Source: Myxococcota bacterium
GTDB taxonomy: Bacteria > Myxococcota_A > Polyangia > Nannocystales > Nannocystaceae
Direction: 5' to 3'
Assembly (NCBI GenBank): GCA_039028615.1
Contig: JBCCHT010000024.1
Coordinates: 1-64,000 of the forward strand
Length of the DNA: 64,000 bases
Part shown: positions 29,488-40,200 of the stretch, one piece after another
Layout of the letters: the number at the start of each line of letters is the position of its first letter
Numbering within the stretch: the first letter of the stretch is position 1
Made by a program: the position numbers and the translations under genes
Notes under the pieces: model-generated
What the model was told of the DNA's origin: nothing
Database searches by the model: none
What the model saw: only the letters and a program-made list of their open reading frames with translations

Positions 29488-30963
29488 TCACGGCTGCCGC
29501 TGGTACTCGAGCACCATCATGCCCTGAGCCATCCGCACCAAGTCGACCGTCCCGTCCTCCTTCGTCTCCCAGGTCAGCGTGACGTTGGCGACGCGGGTGA
29601 CGAGGTTGCCCTCGGGGCTGGTGTACAGGGGCAGCGGCAGCTGTCCGTTGGGCTTGAAGCTCATCGAGCCCTCTTCGAACTTCACCTCGATGGCCTCGAT
29701 GGTCTCGATGACCTCGGCCGGAGTACCCAAGGTCTCGAGCTTCTTCCGGGACGCAGCCGTCATCGCGAAGTTCCCCACCAGCGTCTTCGCCAGCTCGGGC
29801 TCGACGGGCGACATGTCGGCTTCGACGTGGGGGACGACGGTGTCGCCGACGCTCACGGCCAGGGCCGCATTGCCGATCTGCCCCACTTCGAAGGTGTCGT
29901 GGTTGGTCCACGCCACGATCACGATGTCGTCCTCGGGCAAGCGGGCGTAGTAGGTGTTGAACCCGAAGATCCCGCCGCCGTGGGTAATGAGCCGCTTGTC
30001 TCCGGCCTTGGTGATGATCCAGCCGTAGGCGTAGTCGTTCTTGGCGGGTTTGTAGAGCACCTCGCGGGAGGAGGCGCTCAAGATCTGGTCGCCATCGAGC
30101 ATGGCGTGCCAGGCGAGCAAGTCGGCGGCGGTGGAGCGGACGGCACCCGCCCCGTGGGGCACGGACATGTCGATGGCGCGCGCGCCTTCGATCTTCTCGC
30201 CGGGGGTGACGGTGTAGCCTTCGGCGCGGTCGGTCAGCTCGGTCGCGTCACCGACCCGGGTTCGGGTCAGCCCGGCGGGCTCGAAGAGCTGCGCGGCCAA
30301 GACCTCGCCGTAGGGCTTGCCGGTCGCGGCCTCGATGATCGCACCGAGCATGACGTAGCCCGAGTTGCTGTACGAGAACTGCTCGCCGGGCTCGAACTCC
30401 AGCGGCGTGTCGCGAAACACGGCGAGCATCTGGTCGGTGCTGTGATACTCGTGCGCCTTCGCCATGAAGTCGGCATCGGAGGTGTAGTTCCACACTCCAG
30501 CCGTATGCGTCAGCAGGTGATGAATGGTGATCTCCTCGCCGCGCGGCCAACCGGGCAGGTACTTGCTCACCGGGTCGTCGACGGACAGCACGCCGTCTTC
30601 GGCCAGCGCGAGGATGGCCGCGGCGGTGAACTGCTTGGTGACGGAGCCGACGCGAAAGTTGGTGTCGATGTCGGGGACCTGCCCCGTCTCGCGGTTGGCC
30701 TTGCCGAAGCCCTTGGCGTAGACGGGCTCGCCCTTCTCGGCGACGAGCACGAAGCCGCTGAAGGCATAGGGCTCGCCCCACTTCGCGCCGAACGACGCGA
30801 CGTGGGCATCGAGGACTTCGGCGACCGCAGCGGGGTCGAGCACGCGCTCGGCCGCGGGCGCTTCGACGGGAGCCTGGGGCGGAGTGGAGGCCGGACTCTG
30901 TCCCTTGCCGCAGGCGGCGAGGACGAGCGAGAGGACCAGGGCGCGGGGCAGTCGAAGCGGCAC
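29488..30963 (-). CDS. Serine hydrolase (beta-lactamase class C / S12 family) lipoprotein
   Basis: SVTK, LLTHTAG, YSN, HGG motifs; lipobox LAAC; GTG 30963 (or 30972). Confidence 0.92.
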   Translation of the reverse strand: MPLRLPRALVLSLVLAACGKGQSPASTPPQAPVEAPAAERVLDPAAVAEVLDAHVASFGAKWGEPYAFSGFVLVAEKGEPVYAKGFGKANRETGQVPDIDTNFRVGSVTKQFTAAAILALAEDGVLSVDDPVSKYLPGWPRGEEITIHHLLTHTAGVWNYTSDADFMAKAHEYHSTDQMLAVFRDTPLEFEPGEQFSYSNSGYVMLGAIIEAATGKPYGEVLAAQLFEPAGLTRTRVGDATELTDRAEGYTVTPGEKIEGARAIDMSVPHGAGAVRSTAADLLAWHAMLDGDQILSASSREVLYKPAKNDYAYGWIITKAGDKRLITHGGGIFGFNTYYARLPEDDIVIVAWTNHDTFEVGQIGNAALAVSVGDTVVPHVEADMSPVEPELAKTLVGNFAMTAASRKKLETLGTPAEVIETIEAIEVKFEEGSMSFKPNGQLPLPLYTSPEGNLVTRVANVTLTWETKEDGTVDLVRMAQGMMVLEYQRQP

Positions 30964-31146
30964 GGACGGCACTGTAGCCGCATCGACGCGCTCGCTCACC
31001 GATGCCCACAGGCCGGTTGTCGACCGTCGTTCAAACGCAGGGCATTCGCGTTCTCGTCCCACGAAGAACGCCGCCCCGTAGCGCCTCGTGCATTGGCACG
31101 GGCCACGGTGGCGGCGTTGTTCGTGAGTGGATTGTAAGTCGCGGCG

Positions 31147-31800
31147 CTAGACGAGCACGACCCCCAGCTGCATCGCGCGGACGACCGCTTCGGTGCGGCT
31201 GTGGACGTCGAGCTTGCCGAGGATCGCGTTGACGTGGAACTTGACGGTGTGAGCACTGATGCCGAGCTCGGCGGCGATCTGGCGGTTGGAGAGGCCAGAG
31301 GCGACCAGCTCGAGGACCTCGGTCTCGCGCGCGGTGAGGGGTTCGACGTCGACCTCGGGCACGGTGGTGGTGGCCGGCTGCGCGGGGCGGCGCTCGTCGA
31401 GGAGCGCGGGGTCGATGACGGCGAGGCCGTGGCGCACGGTGCCGAGGGTTCGTAGCAATCGCTCGGTGGAGACGTCGCGGCGCAGCACCCCGGTCGCCCC
31501 GGCGGCGAGCAGGTCGCTGGCGGAGCTGCCGTGCGGCGCGAGGGCGACGAGCGGGACGGCGTAGTCGAGAGAGCCCGGGGAGGGGGACACGGGGCGGGGA
31601 CCGAGATCCCACAGCACCATGTTGGCCTCGGTGTCTTCGAGCGCCTCGGGGATGTCTTCGTGGGCCGACGCTTGGCCGGCCGCGGCATCACCCAGGCGCG
31701 CGACGAAACCCTGCCGCACCAATGGATCGTCGCCGACCACCAGAGTGCGGACCTCGGGTTGGAGCTCCAGCAATGGATCGGGAAGAGAATGGCTCTGCAT
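31147..31800 (-). CDS. NarL/LuxR-type response regulator with atypical receiver domain
   Basis: LTARETEVLELVASGLSNRQIA...TVKFHVNAILGKL HTH; receiver GDD...WD but Arg at the conserved Lys position. Confidence 0.92.
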   Translation of the reverse strand: MQSHSLPDPLLELQPEVRTLVVGDDPLVRQGFVARLGDAAAGQASAHEDIPEALEDTEANMVLWDLGPRPVSPSPGSLDYAVPLVALAPHGSSASDLLAAGATGVLRRDVSTERLLRTLGTVRHGLAVIDPALLDERRPAQPATTTVPEVDVEPLTARETEVLELVASGLSNRQIAAELGISAHTVKFHVNAILGKLDVHSRTEAVVRAMQLGVVLV

Positions 31801-31936
31801 GAGGTGGCTCCAGGGTTGCGACCGCGAAGGGGCTCACGGGGATTCTATCCCGTAGGGCGAGGTCGAAAGGCAGGGGACCAACATGGGTCGGCGCGTTTTG
31901 CGGTCAAGCCCCGAATGCGCATTGGAGGGCTCGCCC

Positions 31937-31954
31937 CACCCGGTCGACCGGGTG
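31937..31954. promoter_or_regulatory. Perfect 18-bp palindrome, candidate operator
   Basis: CACCCGGTC|GACCGGGTG centred in the divergent LuxR / protease intergenic region. Confidence 0.45.
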
Positions 31955-32059
31955 CGACCTCCAGACGGGGAGCGAGCGGCGGGGGGGCGGACCCCCCGAT
32001 TGGCCGATACCGTGGCGAAAACGCGGGCCTAGCTTGGTCGGGCAAGAGGCACCGACCCC

Positions 32060-32956
32060 ATGAACCCGTTCTCCTCCGACACCTTCATTTCCCTGGTCGA
32101 CCAGCTCGGTCCCGCCATCGTGCGCATCGAGGCGCCCCGCCAAGGGGGGACCACCGGTCTGCTCTGGTCCGATGACGGGCTCATCGTCACGGCCCACCAC
32201 GCCCTGCGCCGCGACGAGTCGATCCGCGTGGTTATCGGGTCCAACGAACCCCGACCCGCGCAGTTACTGGGGCGCGATCCCGCCACCGACCTGGCGGTGC
32301 TGAAGGTCGACCTCGAAGGCCTGGACGATCCACCCGCCGCGCCAAAGTGGCGCGAGGTGGGAGCGGTCGGCGTGGCCGAGGTGGGTCTCGCTCTCGCCCG
32401 CCCGGGGCAGACGATTCGCGCCGCGCTCGGGTTGGTCGCGGTGGTCGGCGAGCGCCTGCACACCCCCCGCGGTCGCGCGCTCACTCCGTATGTCGAGCTC
32501 GACCGCGTGCTGCCGCGAGGCTTCTCCGTGGCGCCCTTCGTCGACTTGCAAGGGCAGGTGGTGGGCTTGGCCACGGCCGGGCTCGCCCCCGACACCACCG
32601 TCCTGCTCACCGCGGCGAACATTCGCGAGTCGGTCGAGGCCATCGTCGAGCACGGTCGCGTACCCCAAGGGTTCTTGGGCGTGGGGGTCTCGCCCGCGCG
32701 CCTGCCCTCGACGCTGCGCGAGTCGGTCGGCCAAGGTCGCGCCCTCGCCATCGTCGGCGTGGCCGAAGGAGGTCCCGCCGCGGACGCCGGCCTGCTCGTC
32801 GGTGACTTGATCCTCGCCGTCGACGGCGGCGCCGTGAAGTCCCCCGCGGGGCTGCGTGCGCAGCTGTCCGACCGCGCGGGCCAACCCGTGGCCCTTCGCC
32901 TGCTTCGCGGCGGCGAGACCACCGAAATTCAGATCACCGCCGGAGAACGCCGGTAA
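32060..32956 (+). CDS. HtrA-like (S1C) serine protease with PDZ domain, no signal peptide
   Basis: IVTAHH, DPATDLAVLKV, PRGFSVAP (divergent Ser motif); PDZ GFLGV...GPAADAGLLVGDLILAVDG. Confidence 0.85.
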   Translation: MNPFSSDTFISLVDQLGPAIVRIEAPRQGGTTGLLWSDDGLIVTAHHALRRDESIRVVIGSNEPRPAQLLGRDPATDLAVLKVDLEGLDDPPAAPKWREVGAVGVAEVGLALARPGQTIRAALGLVAVVGERLHTPRGRALTPYVELDRVLPRGFSVAPFVDLQGQVVGLATAGLAPDTTVLLTAANIRESVEAIVEHGRVPQGFLGVGVSPARLPSTLRESVGQGRALAIVGVAEGGPAADAGLLVGDLILAVDGGAVKSPAGLRAQLSDRAGQPVALRLLRGGETTEIQITAGERR

Positions 32957-33038
32957 CGACGACCTCGGGGACGACGGTCAATTGGATGCCGCTGCTCCCC
33001 GCACTCGCCCACATCGCTTCATCAAGGAACAGCCAGCC

Positions 33039-35420
33039 ATGTCCACGCACAACTATCCCAGCACCTTCGCCCTGCTTCCCCTTCGCCGCGGCGTCCTGCT
33101 GCCCGGCACTACGCTCAGCGTGCCCATCGGACGCAAGCGCTCCGTCGCCTTGGTCGAGAGCCTGCACGTCGGCGACATCATCGGCGTCGTCGTCCAGCGC
33201 GACCCCGCCACCGAGGAGCCCGTGATCTCCGATATCCACGGCGTGGGCACCTACGCCAAGGTCTCGCGGATCGGCAAGTCCCGCGACGGGCGAAGCTATC
33301 GCCTGGTGCTCGAGGGGCTCGATCGCTTCGAGCTGCGAGAGATCGAACAGTCCGACCCGTACTGGTTCGGACGCGGTGACCCGGCCATCGACGACGACAG
33401 TAGTGACGAGGCCGAGGTCCTGGCGGACGAGATTCGCTCCTACCTGCGCAAGGCGGTGGGCAACAAGAACAAGACCCTGAGCGAGATTCTCGAGTCCGGG
33501 TCCGAGCCAGGACGGCTCGCCGATCGCTTGGTCTCCGCCCTCGATGTGGATCGCGATCGCGAGATCCAGGTCCTGCTCACCCTCGACGTCCCCGCGCGGC
33601 TGCGCTTGGCGGTGGAGATCGGGGCCGAGGCCAAGGCCCGCTGGGAGCTGACCCAGAAGATCGGCCACGAGGTGCGGCGCGAGCTCGAGAAGGACCAGCG
33701 CAAGCACCTGCTGCGGCAGCAGCTGCGCGCCATCCAGAAGGAGCTGGGCGAAGGTGAGGAGGGCGGCGACGCCCAGGACAAGCTCGAGGCCAAGCTCGAC
33801 GCGCTCGAGCTGCCCGAGGAAGCCCGCGAGGTCGTCGAGCGCGAGATGGGGCGCCTGCGGAGCCTGGGCGGCAACTCGCCCGAGACGCACGTCATCCGCA
33901 ACTACCTCGAGTGGATCGCCGAGCTGCCCTGGGATACCCGCGCAGAGCTGTCCGAGGACATCGACGCGGTGGCCGAGAAGCTCGACGAGGACCACTTCGG
34001 CCTGGAGAAGGTCAAGCAGCGGATCCTCGAGCACCTCGCGGTGCGACGGCTGTCGGGCAGCAACAAGGGCTCCATCCTCTGTCTCGCGGGCCCTCCGGGG
34101 GTCGGCAAGACCTCGCTGGGGCAGTCCATCGCCGACGCCACGGGGCGACCCTTCATTCGCGTCGCGCTGGGCGGGGTCCGAGACGAGTCGGAGATCCGCG
34201 GTCACCGACGCACCTACGTGGGGGCCCTGCCCGGCCGCATCGTCAACGCGCTGCGCAAGGTCAAGGTGAAGAACCCGGTCATCTTGCTCGACGAGGTCGA
34301 CAAGCTCGGCCAGGGCTGGATGGGCTCGCCCGAGGCGGCGCTGCTCGAGCTGCTCGACCCCGAGCAGAACCAGACCTTCACCGACCACTACCTCGAGCTG
34401 CCCTTCGACCTGTCCGAGGTGCTGTTCATCGCCACCGCCAACAGCCTCGAGCCGATGTCGGCCCCGCTGCGCGACCGCATGGAGATCATCCCGCTGTCCG
34501 GGTACACGCCGCCGGAGAAGCGACAGATCGCCCGCGGGCACCTCATCCCCAAGCAGCTCGCCGACCATGCCCTCGACGCCGATGCGCTGACCCTCGACGA
34601 CGAGATCCTCGACACCATCATCCGGGACTACACCCGGGAGGCGGGCGTGCGTCAGCTGGGGCGGCAGATCACCAACCTGTGCCGTACCCTGGCGTTGCAG
34701 GCGGTGCGTAGCGCCAGCGCCGATGCACCCAAGCTCGAGGTCACCCTCGACGTGCTGCGGGAGTCGCTGGGCAAGCCGCGCTTCTTCAACGAGGTGGCCG
34801 AGCGCAGCTCGGTGCCGGGGGTCGCGACCGGCCTGGCCTATACCCCGGTGGGCGGTGACATCCTGTTCATCGAGACCTCGCGGATGAAGGGCAAGGGCGG
34901 CCTGCAGATCACCGGGCAGCTGGGTGACGTGATGCAGGAATCGGCCAAGGCGGCGCTGACCTTCGTGCGCAGCCACGCCGACCGGCTCGGCATCGACACG
35001 GCGGCGCTCGAGTCCCACGACGTGCACATCCACGTGCCGGCGGGGGGCATCCCCAAGGACGGGCCCTCGGCGGGGGTGACCATGTTCACCGCGCTGACCT
35101 CCCTGCTGTCGGGGAGAAAGGTCCGCTCCGATACCGCGATGACCGGCGAGTGCTCGCTGCGCGGTCGGGTCCTGCCCGTGGGTGGGATCAAGGAGAAGGT
35201 CATGGCCGCCCACCGGGCGGGCATCGAGCGGGTCATCCTGCCCGCGCACAACGAGCGGGACGTCGACGACATCCCCGAGGAGACGCGAGCGGCACTGGAG
35301 CTGATCTTCGTCAGCGACATGCTCGAGGTGTTGGACGCCGCATTGGAGCCGGTCGGAACGGCGGGCGCCGACGGGGCCGGCTCGATGGACGCCCACTGGC
35401 AGGGAGGTACTGCCGCATGA
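33039..35420 (+). CDS. lon: ATP-dependent protease La (Lon)
   Basis: Walker A GPPGVGKTS, GHRRTYVGALPG, Walker B LLDEVDK, PKDGPSAG catalytic Ser, GGIKEK; ATG 33039 after AAGGA. Confidence 0.97.
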   Translation: MSTHNYPSTFALLPLRRGVLLPGTTLSVPIGRKRSVALVESLHVGDIIGVVVQRDPATEEPVISDIHGVGTYAKVSRIGKSRDGRSYRLVLEGLDRFELREIEQSDPYWFGRGDPAIDDDSSDEAEVLADEIRSYLRKAVGNKNKTLSEILESGSEPGRLADRLVSALDVDRDREIQVLLTLDVPARLRLAVEIGAEAKARWELTQKIGHEVRRELEKDQRKHLLRQQLRAIQKELGEGEEGGDAQDKLEAKLDALELPEEAREVVEREMGRLRSLGGNSPETHVIRNYLEWIAELPWDTRAELSEDIDAVAEKLDEDHFGLEKVKQRILEHLAVRRLSGSNKGSILCLAGPPGVGKTSLGQSIADATGRPFIRVALGGVRDESEIRGHRRTYVGALPGRIVNALRKVKVKNPVILLDEVDKLGQGWMGSPEAALLELLDPEQNQTFTDHYLELPFDLSEVLFIATANSLEPMSAPLRDRMEIIPLSGYTPPEKRQIARGHLIPKQLADHALDADALTLDDEILDTIIRDYTREAGVRQLGRQITNLCRTLALQAVRSASADAPKLEVTLDVLRESLGKPRFFNEVAERSSVPGVATGLAYTPVGGDILFIETSRMKGKGGLQITGQLGDVMQESAKAALTFVRSHADRLGIDTAALESHDVHIHVPAGGIPKDGPSAGVTMFTALTSLLSGRKVRSDTAMTGECSLRGRVLPVGGIKEKVMAAHRAGIERVILPAHNERDVDDIPEETRAALELIFVSDMLEVLDAALEPVGTAGADGAGSMDAHWQGGTAA

Positions 35421-35520
35421 AGTGACCGACTACGTTTCGTTTCGCAGGCAGAATGAAAGCGGCGGCGATGGGCACGGGAGGCTCATCGTCGCCGCTCTCT
35501 ATTTGCGGCCGTGGAGGCCG

Positions 35521-36141
35521 TCAGCAGATGCCCCGGACTGCTTCCTTGATCTTCACGCCTGCGAGGTACTTGAAGAACTCGCGGCTGTCCTCGTTCTGCA
35601 TGAGTTCTTTGAAGGCGGGGTCGCGGACGAGCTCCTCGAGCGGCGGCAGGTTGGCGCCTGCGAGCCCGGTGAGCCCGAACTCCTTCATGACCTCGAGCGC
35701 TCGATCGGTCTCGAAGCTCATGCCGAGCTCGGATCTGCCGCTGCTGACCATCGAGCCCAGGCCCTCGGAGCGGCTGTCGACGAACTGCTCGAAGCCCGAC
35801 TCGGTCGAGGTCTCCACATAGCGGGCCGTGGTCGTGCCCAGGTTCCAGAACCCGTGCGAGATGCCGCGCGGCTTGAGCACATGACAGCCAGGCCCGGCCG
35901 TGAAGCGAATGCCATCGACCCCGCCGACCTCGAAGTGCAGCTCGCCCTCCATGATGTACATGTGCTGGTCTTCGTTGGCGTGGGTGTGAAAGGCCAGCAG
36001 CTCCCGCGGCCGCACTTCGCCCTCCATGATGGAAAAGTGCCCCGCGAGCTTGGCCGAGCGATAGATCATCACCATGTCGGCCGAGGTCTGCTCGCCGGCC
36101 CCGGGTAGCACCACCAGATTGTCTGCATCGAGATTCGCCAT
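35521..36141 (-). CDS. Cupin domain protein
   Basis: FHTHANEDQHMYIMEGEL and KPRGISHGF cupin motifs. Confidence 0.85.
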   Translation of the reverse strand: MANLDADNLVVLPGAGEQTSADMVMIYRSAKLAGHFSIMEGEVRPRELLAFHTHANEDQHMYIMEGELHFEVGGVDGIRFTAGPGCHVLKPRGISHGFWNLGTTTARYVETSTESGFEQFVDSRSEGLGSMVSSGRSELGMSFETDRALEVMKEFGLTGLAGANLPPLEELVRDPAFKELMQNEDSREFFKYLAGVKIKEAVRGIC

Positions 36142-36478
36142 GATTGTCTGCTCCCACGACGGCGCCGCGCCTCGCTCCCGTCCCGGACGCGCCCCACCTC
36201 GGGGCGCCTCGTCCGGCCTCGGGAGCCGATGACCGCCGCGCGTCGTTGTCTGTGGTTTAGACCTCGGGCCGGGTCGGGGTCAGGGACAATGGGCGCCGAA
36301 GACCGGGCAATTGACGTCCGGCCGCACTCGAGGCCGTCCACGAGCCGATACGAGTCCGCTCGGTTGCCGCATACGGAGAGTGGACGGGTTCGAAAACGAA
36401 AGCGCGGAGGCCTCGAACCGCGATTGAAACGGTGAGGCTCCGCGCTGTCGGTGACCGGCGCTGCCGGTCCGGGCTGGC

Positions 36479-37033
36479 CTACTCCTCGGTGCAGCTGTCG
36501 AGGCAGCAGTCCGGCATCAGGCACATCTTGGGGTCTTCGGGCAGAGCGATGAGCGGCAGCTGCCGGCAGATGTAGCCGTCGCGGTTGCACTGCGCGTCGT
36601 CGCTGCACACGATGCCGCAGCGCTGGAAGGTGCCCATGACGCCGATGCAGGCGACGCCGCCGTCGGGGTCGCAGCCGGGGTCGTCGAGCACGGACTGGGT
36701 CTGCATGTCCGGGAGCTGGCAGGGCTTGGTGCAGTAGCCACCGGGCAGCTCGTAAACGACCGCCATGTCGTCGCAGATGGCTTCGGGGTCGCCGATGAGG
36801 TCGATGCAGTCTTGGTCGGAAGTGCACGGCGCACCCCAGGTCTGCATCAGCGGATCGGCGGCCCCGTCGGTGCCCATGCCTACGGCACCGGCCGCACAGC
36901 CGAGTTCATCGACCGTGCCCGCAGTGTCGTCGGCCCCCGTTTCTCCGTCGTCGTTTTCCGTGGTGCAGGCGAGCGGCAGCTGCAGCGCGAGAGCAATGAG
37001 GGCCACAGGCCAAACGAAGCGCATCCGGATCAT
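36479..37033 (-). CDS. Cys-rich hypothetical lipoprotein
   Basis: Lipobox PLAC; CxxDxxC and PGGYCTKPC modules; ATG 37033. Confidence 0.75.
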   Translation of the reverse strand: MIRMRFVWPVALIALALQLPLACTTENDDGETGADDTAGTVDELGCAAGAVGMGTDGAADPLMQTWGAPCTSDQDCIDLIGDPEAICDDMAVVYELPGGYCTKPCQLPDMQTQSVLDDPGCDPDGGVACIGVMGTFQRCGIVCSDDAQCNRDGYICRQLPLIALPEDPKMCLMPDCCLDSCTEE

Positions 37034-37039
37034 GCGGTG

Positions 37040-37069
37040 ACCGTACGAAGGCATCCCAAGGCCGGTCAA
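37040..37069 (-). promoter_or_regulatory. Sigma70-type promoter TTGACC-N18-TACGGT, 6 nt before the ATG (leaderless type)
   Basis: Minus-strand TTGACC (37069-37064) and TACGGT (37045-37040); no SD before ATG 37033. Confidence 0.55.
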
Positions 37070-37261
37070 TCGTTGTTCGAGGGCCTACTGTGCTGTAGGC
37101 CACAGCGTCGTGAGCCAACGCGAAACCCGGCTCCAGGTTCACGGCGCAACCGTGCAGAGCAATGCACGGCGCGCGGCAGGGTTCGGCTCGGGATGGACGT
37201 CGTTCGAGTCGAACCGATGCTGCCCGGTCGGGTCGGCCACCACGGTGACCGACCCTTCCCA

Positions 37262-40200
37262 TCAGACCGGAGGCCCGGAGGTGAGCGTCAACGTTTTTCC
37301 TCCGGTGAGCCCCAGCTTGAGGGTGGTGCCGGGCGGAACGCGGAGCAGCTTGTCGTAGCGACCGCTGTTGAGCGCGGTCACGTTCATGCCATCGATCTCG
37401 ATGATCTCGTCGCCGACGGCGAGACCCACCTTGGACGCGGGCCCGCCGGGACGCACGAACGCGACGATGTTGCGTGCCTCTTCGGGCTCGATGTCGGGGT
37501 CGAGAGCCTTGCGCTTGAACCCGAGGTCGCCGGCCTCCTTGCCGCTGTCGAGCCGTTTTTTGACGAGCTCCACCTTGCCGATGTCCTGCTCGCGGGGCTC
37601 GGTGGGGATCCGGCGTGCCATCCAGGTCCAGCCGTAGTCGCTGTCGTTGAAGCTCGGGGCCATGACCATGACGGTGACCTTGCCCGTGGCGGCGTTCTCG
37701 ACCTCGAAGCGACCCTGCTCGTCGGAGATGTCCTTCTGGTCGCCCTTGGTGTCTCGCATGCCGCCGAACGAGAAGCCGCCCGCGGACGCGGTGACCCGCA
37801 GCCCCGAGACCGGCTCGCCCGTCTCCGCATCGACGAGCTGCCCGATGAGCTTGACCCGAGGCTTTAGCACGATCTCGGCGGTGGCGACCCCGGCCTCGGC
37901 CGTGAGCTCGACGGTGACCTTGGCGTTGCCTTCGTCGGAGTTCGCTTGGACCTCGTAGGTGCCCGGGGCGAGGTTGTCGAACTGGAGCTTGCCATCGGTG
38001 CGGAAGAAGTCGTCGCTGGCGTAGTTGCCCTTGGTGCGGTCGCTGACCTGGACCCGGAAGGACTCGGGGAAGCCCCCGCCTTCGAGCTTGACGATGCCGT
38101 TGATCTCACCCGTCTCGGCGATGGAGACCTCGACGTCGGTGCCGACCGCGACGTCTTCGGTCATGCCTCGACCGCCGCCCTTGCGGTTGGCCACCACGAT
38201 ATAGGTGCCTTCGGCCGCGAGGTGCTCGAGTTCGAATCGGCCGTCTTCGTCGGTGAGGATCGGCTTTTCGTTCCAGTTGCCCCAGCGAGCCATACCGCGG
38301 CCGCCCTGCTTGGAGGCTGCGACGCTGTCGCTCTGCCGCGAGGCATGCACGAAGGCGTCGATGACCGGCTCACCCGACTCATCGACGACGCGACCCGTGA
38401 TCCGGCCGTTCTGCGACTCGACCACGAGGTCGACGGTGGTGGTCTCTCCGGCGGCGATCTGGATTCGCTCGCCCGCCTGGTCGTCGTCGGAGGCCCCGGG
38501 CGCGCGCATCTTCTCGGACCACCCGCGGCGCGCCTGGATGCGGTAGTCGCCCGCGGCCGCGTTCTCGATGACGAACGCGCCTTCGTCGTTGGTCTGCACG
38601 CCGCCACCCCAGCGCGGGCCCTGCAAGAACACGTTGACCTGGGCGACGGGGGCCCCGTTTTGGTCGCGCACCGTCCCCTCGACGTTACCGCCCGTGGGGA
38701 GCTCGATCTCGATGTCGGACGTATCGACGCCGGCCTCGACGGAGGCTTCGATCGGATCATCCCGTCTCGGGTAGTCGTCGTGGGAGGCGCCGACCTCGTA
38801 CTTCCCCGGGAGCAGGCCTGCGATCTCGTAGTTCCCTTTGCCGTCGCTGCGCGCCCCGTAGGCGTTGACCCGGCGCCCGCGTGGGTCATTTTCGTCGGCC
38901 TTCATGTTGGCGCTGACCCGGGCGCCCTTGACCGGCTCGCCCTTGTCGTCGATCACCCGCCCGCGGATTGCCCGGGCCTCGTGGACCGACCAGCGCAGGC
39001 CGTCGACGGAGGCATCGGCGATCACGATGTCTTCGTATTCCTCTTCGCCCAGGTAGCCCTCGCAGGTCACGGTGACCTCGTAGGTGCCCGGGAGCACGCC
39101 GGACACGAGGATCGACCCGTCTTCCTCGGCCCCGGAGCGGTAGCTGCGATTGCCCTCGCTCTTGGGCTCGGCCAGCCTGACGGTGGCGAACGAACAGGGG
39201 GTCTCGTCGTCGACGAAGACCTGGCCGCGCACCGAGACGGCGCCGTGGACCTCGATGATGATGGTCTCCGAGGTCTCGCCCATGCCCACGTGCACGCGCT
39301 TGTCGGACCGACCGGTGAGCTCCGGCCCGGAGACGCGGACCTTGTAGGACCCGGGGTTGAGGCCGTCGAGGCGGAACACCCCGTTGGCGTCGCTATAGGT
39401 CGAAGCGCCGCGCCATTGTCGGGCCGAGACCTTGGCGTCGGCGACGGGTTTGTTCGTCCCGGCCCAGACCAGCTTGCCCTCGATGACCGACTCGGGCGTC
39501 AGGAACAGCTCGACGAAGGTGCCGGGCACGGCCACCTCGCGCGAGCCAGTGGCGTAGCCATCGGCGAAGGCCTTGACGTCGACCTCGGGTCCCGCGACCC
39601 ACAGGGAGAAGCGGCCCTCTTCGTCGCTGCGGGTGAAGGACCCGCCGACGCCCCGCCACCACGAGCCTCCGGTGGAGACATAGGCCCCGTCGACCACGCC
39701 GCCCGCGATGTCCTTGACCACGCCGGCCACCTCGACGCCGCCCTCCTTCAGGACGAAGTCGATGCCTTCGCGGGTGTTGCCGGCGAGCAGGTCGACCCGG
39801 GTGCTGAGGGTCTGTTGGATTCCAGTGCGGGACTCGTAGCGCGTGGGGATGTAGCCCTTGGCCGAGGCGAAGAGCCGATGCTCGGCCCCCAGCAGCTCGC
39901 CCAGGCGATAGGTGCCGTCGTCGCGAGTGACGGTGCAGTCGGGGGGCCGACGATCGGTGCCCGCGAGGTCGCGGTCCTCGACGCGAGCGCAGACCTGCGC
40001 GCCCGCGATGGGCTGGCCCGCTTCGTCGCGGACGGTGCCCGCGATGCCGGCCTTCGCAGCCTTGAAGGGATCGATGTCGCTGCGCCGCAGGGCCTTGGGA
40101 GCCAGCCCGCCGCCGGCCGCTGCATCGCCCGCCTTGGCGGTGGCAGCCGCTTTGTCGCTGCCCTTGGCGTCTTGGTCGTCGTCGCCCGACATCCACCACC

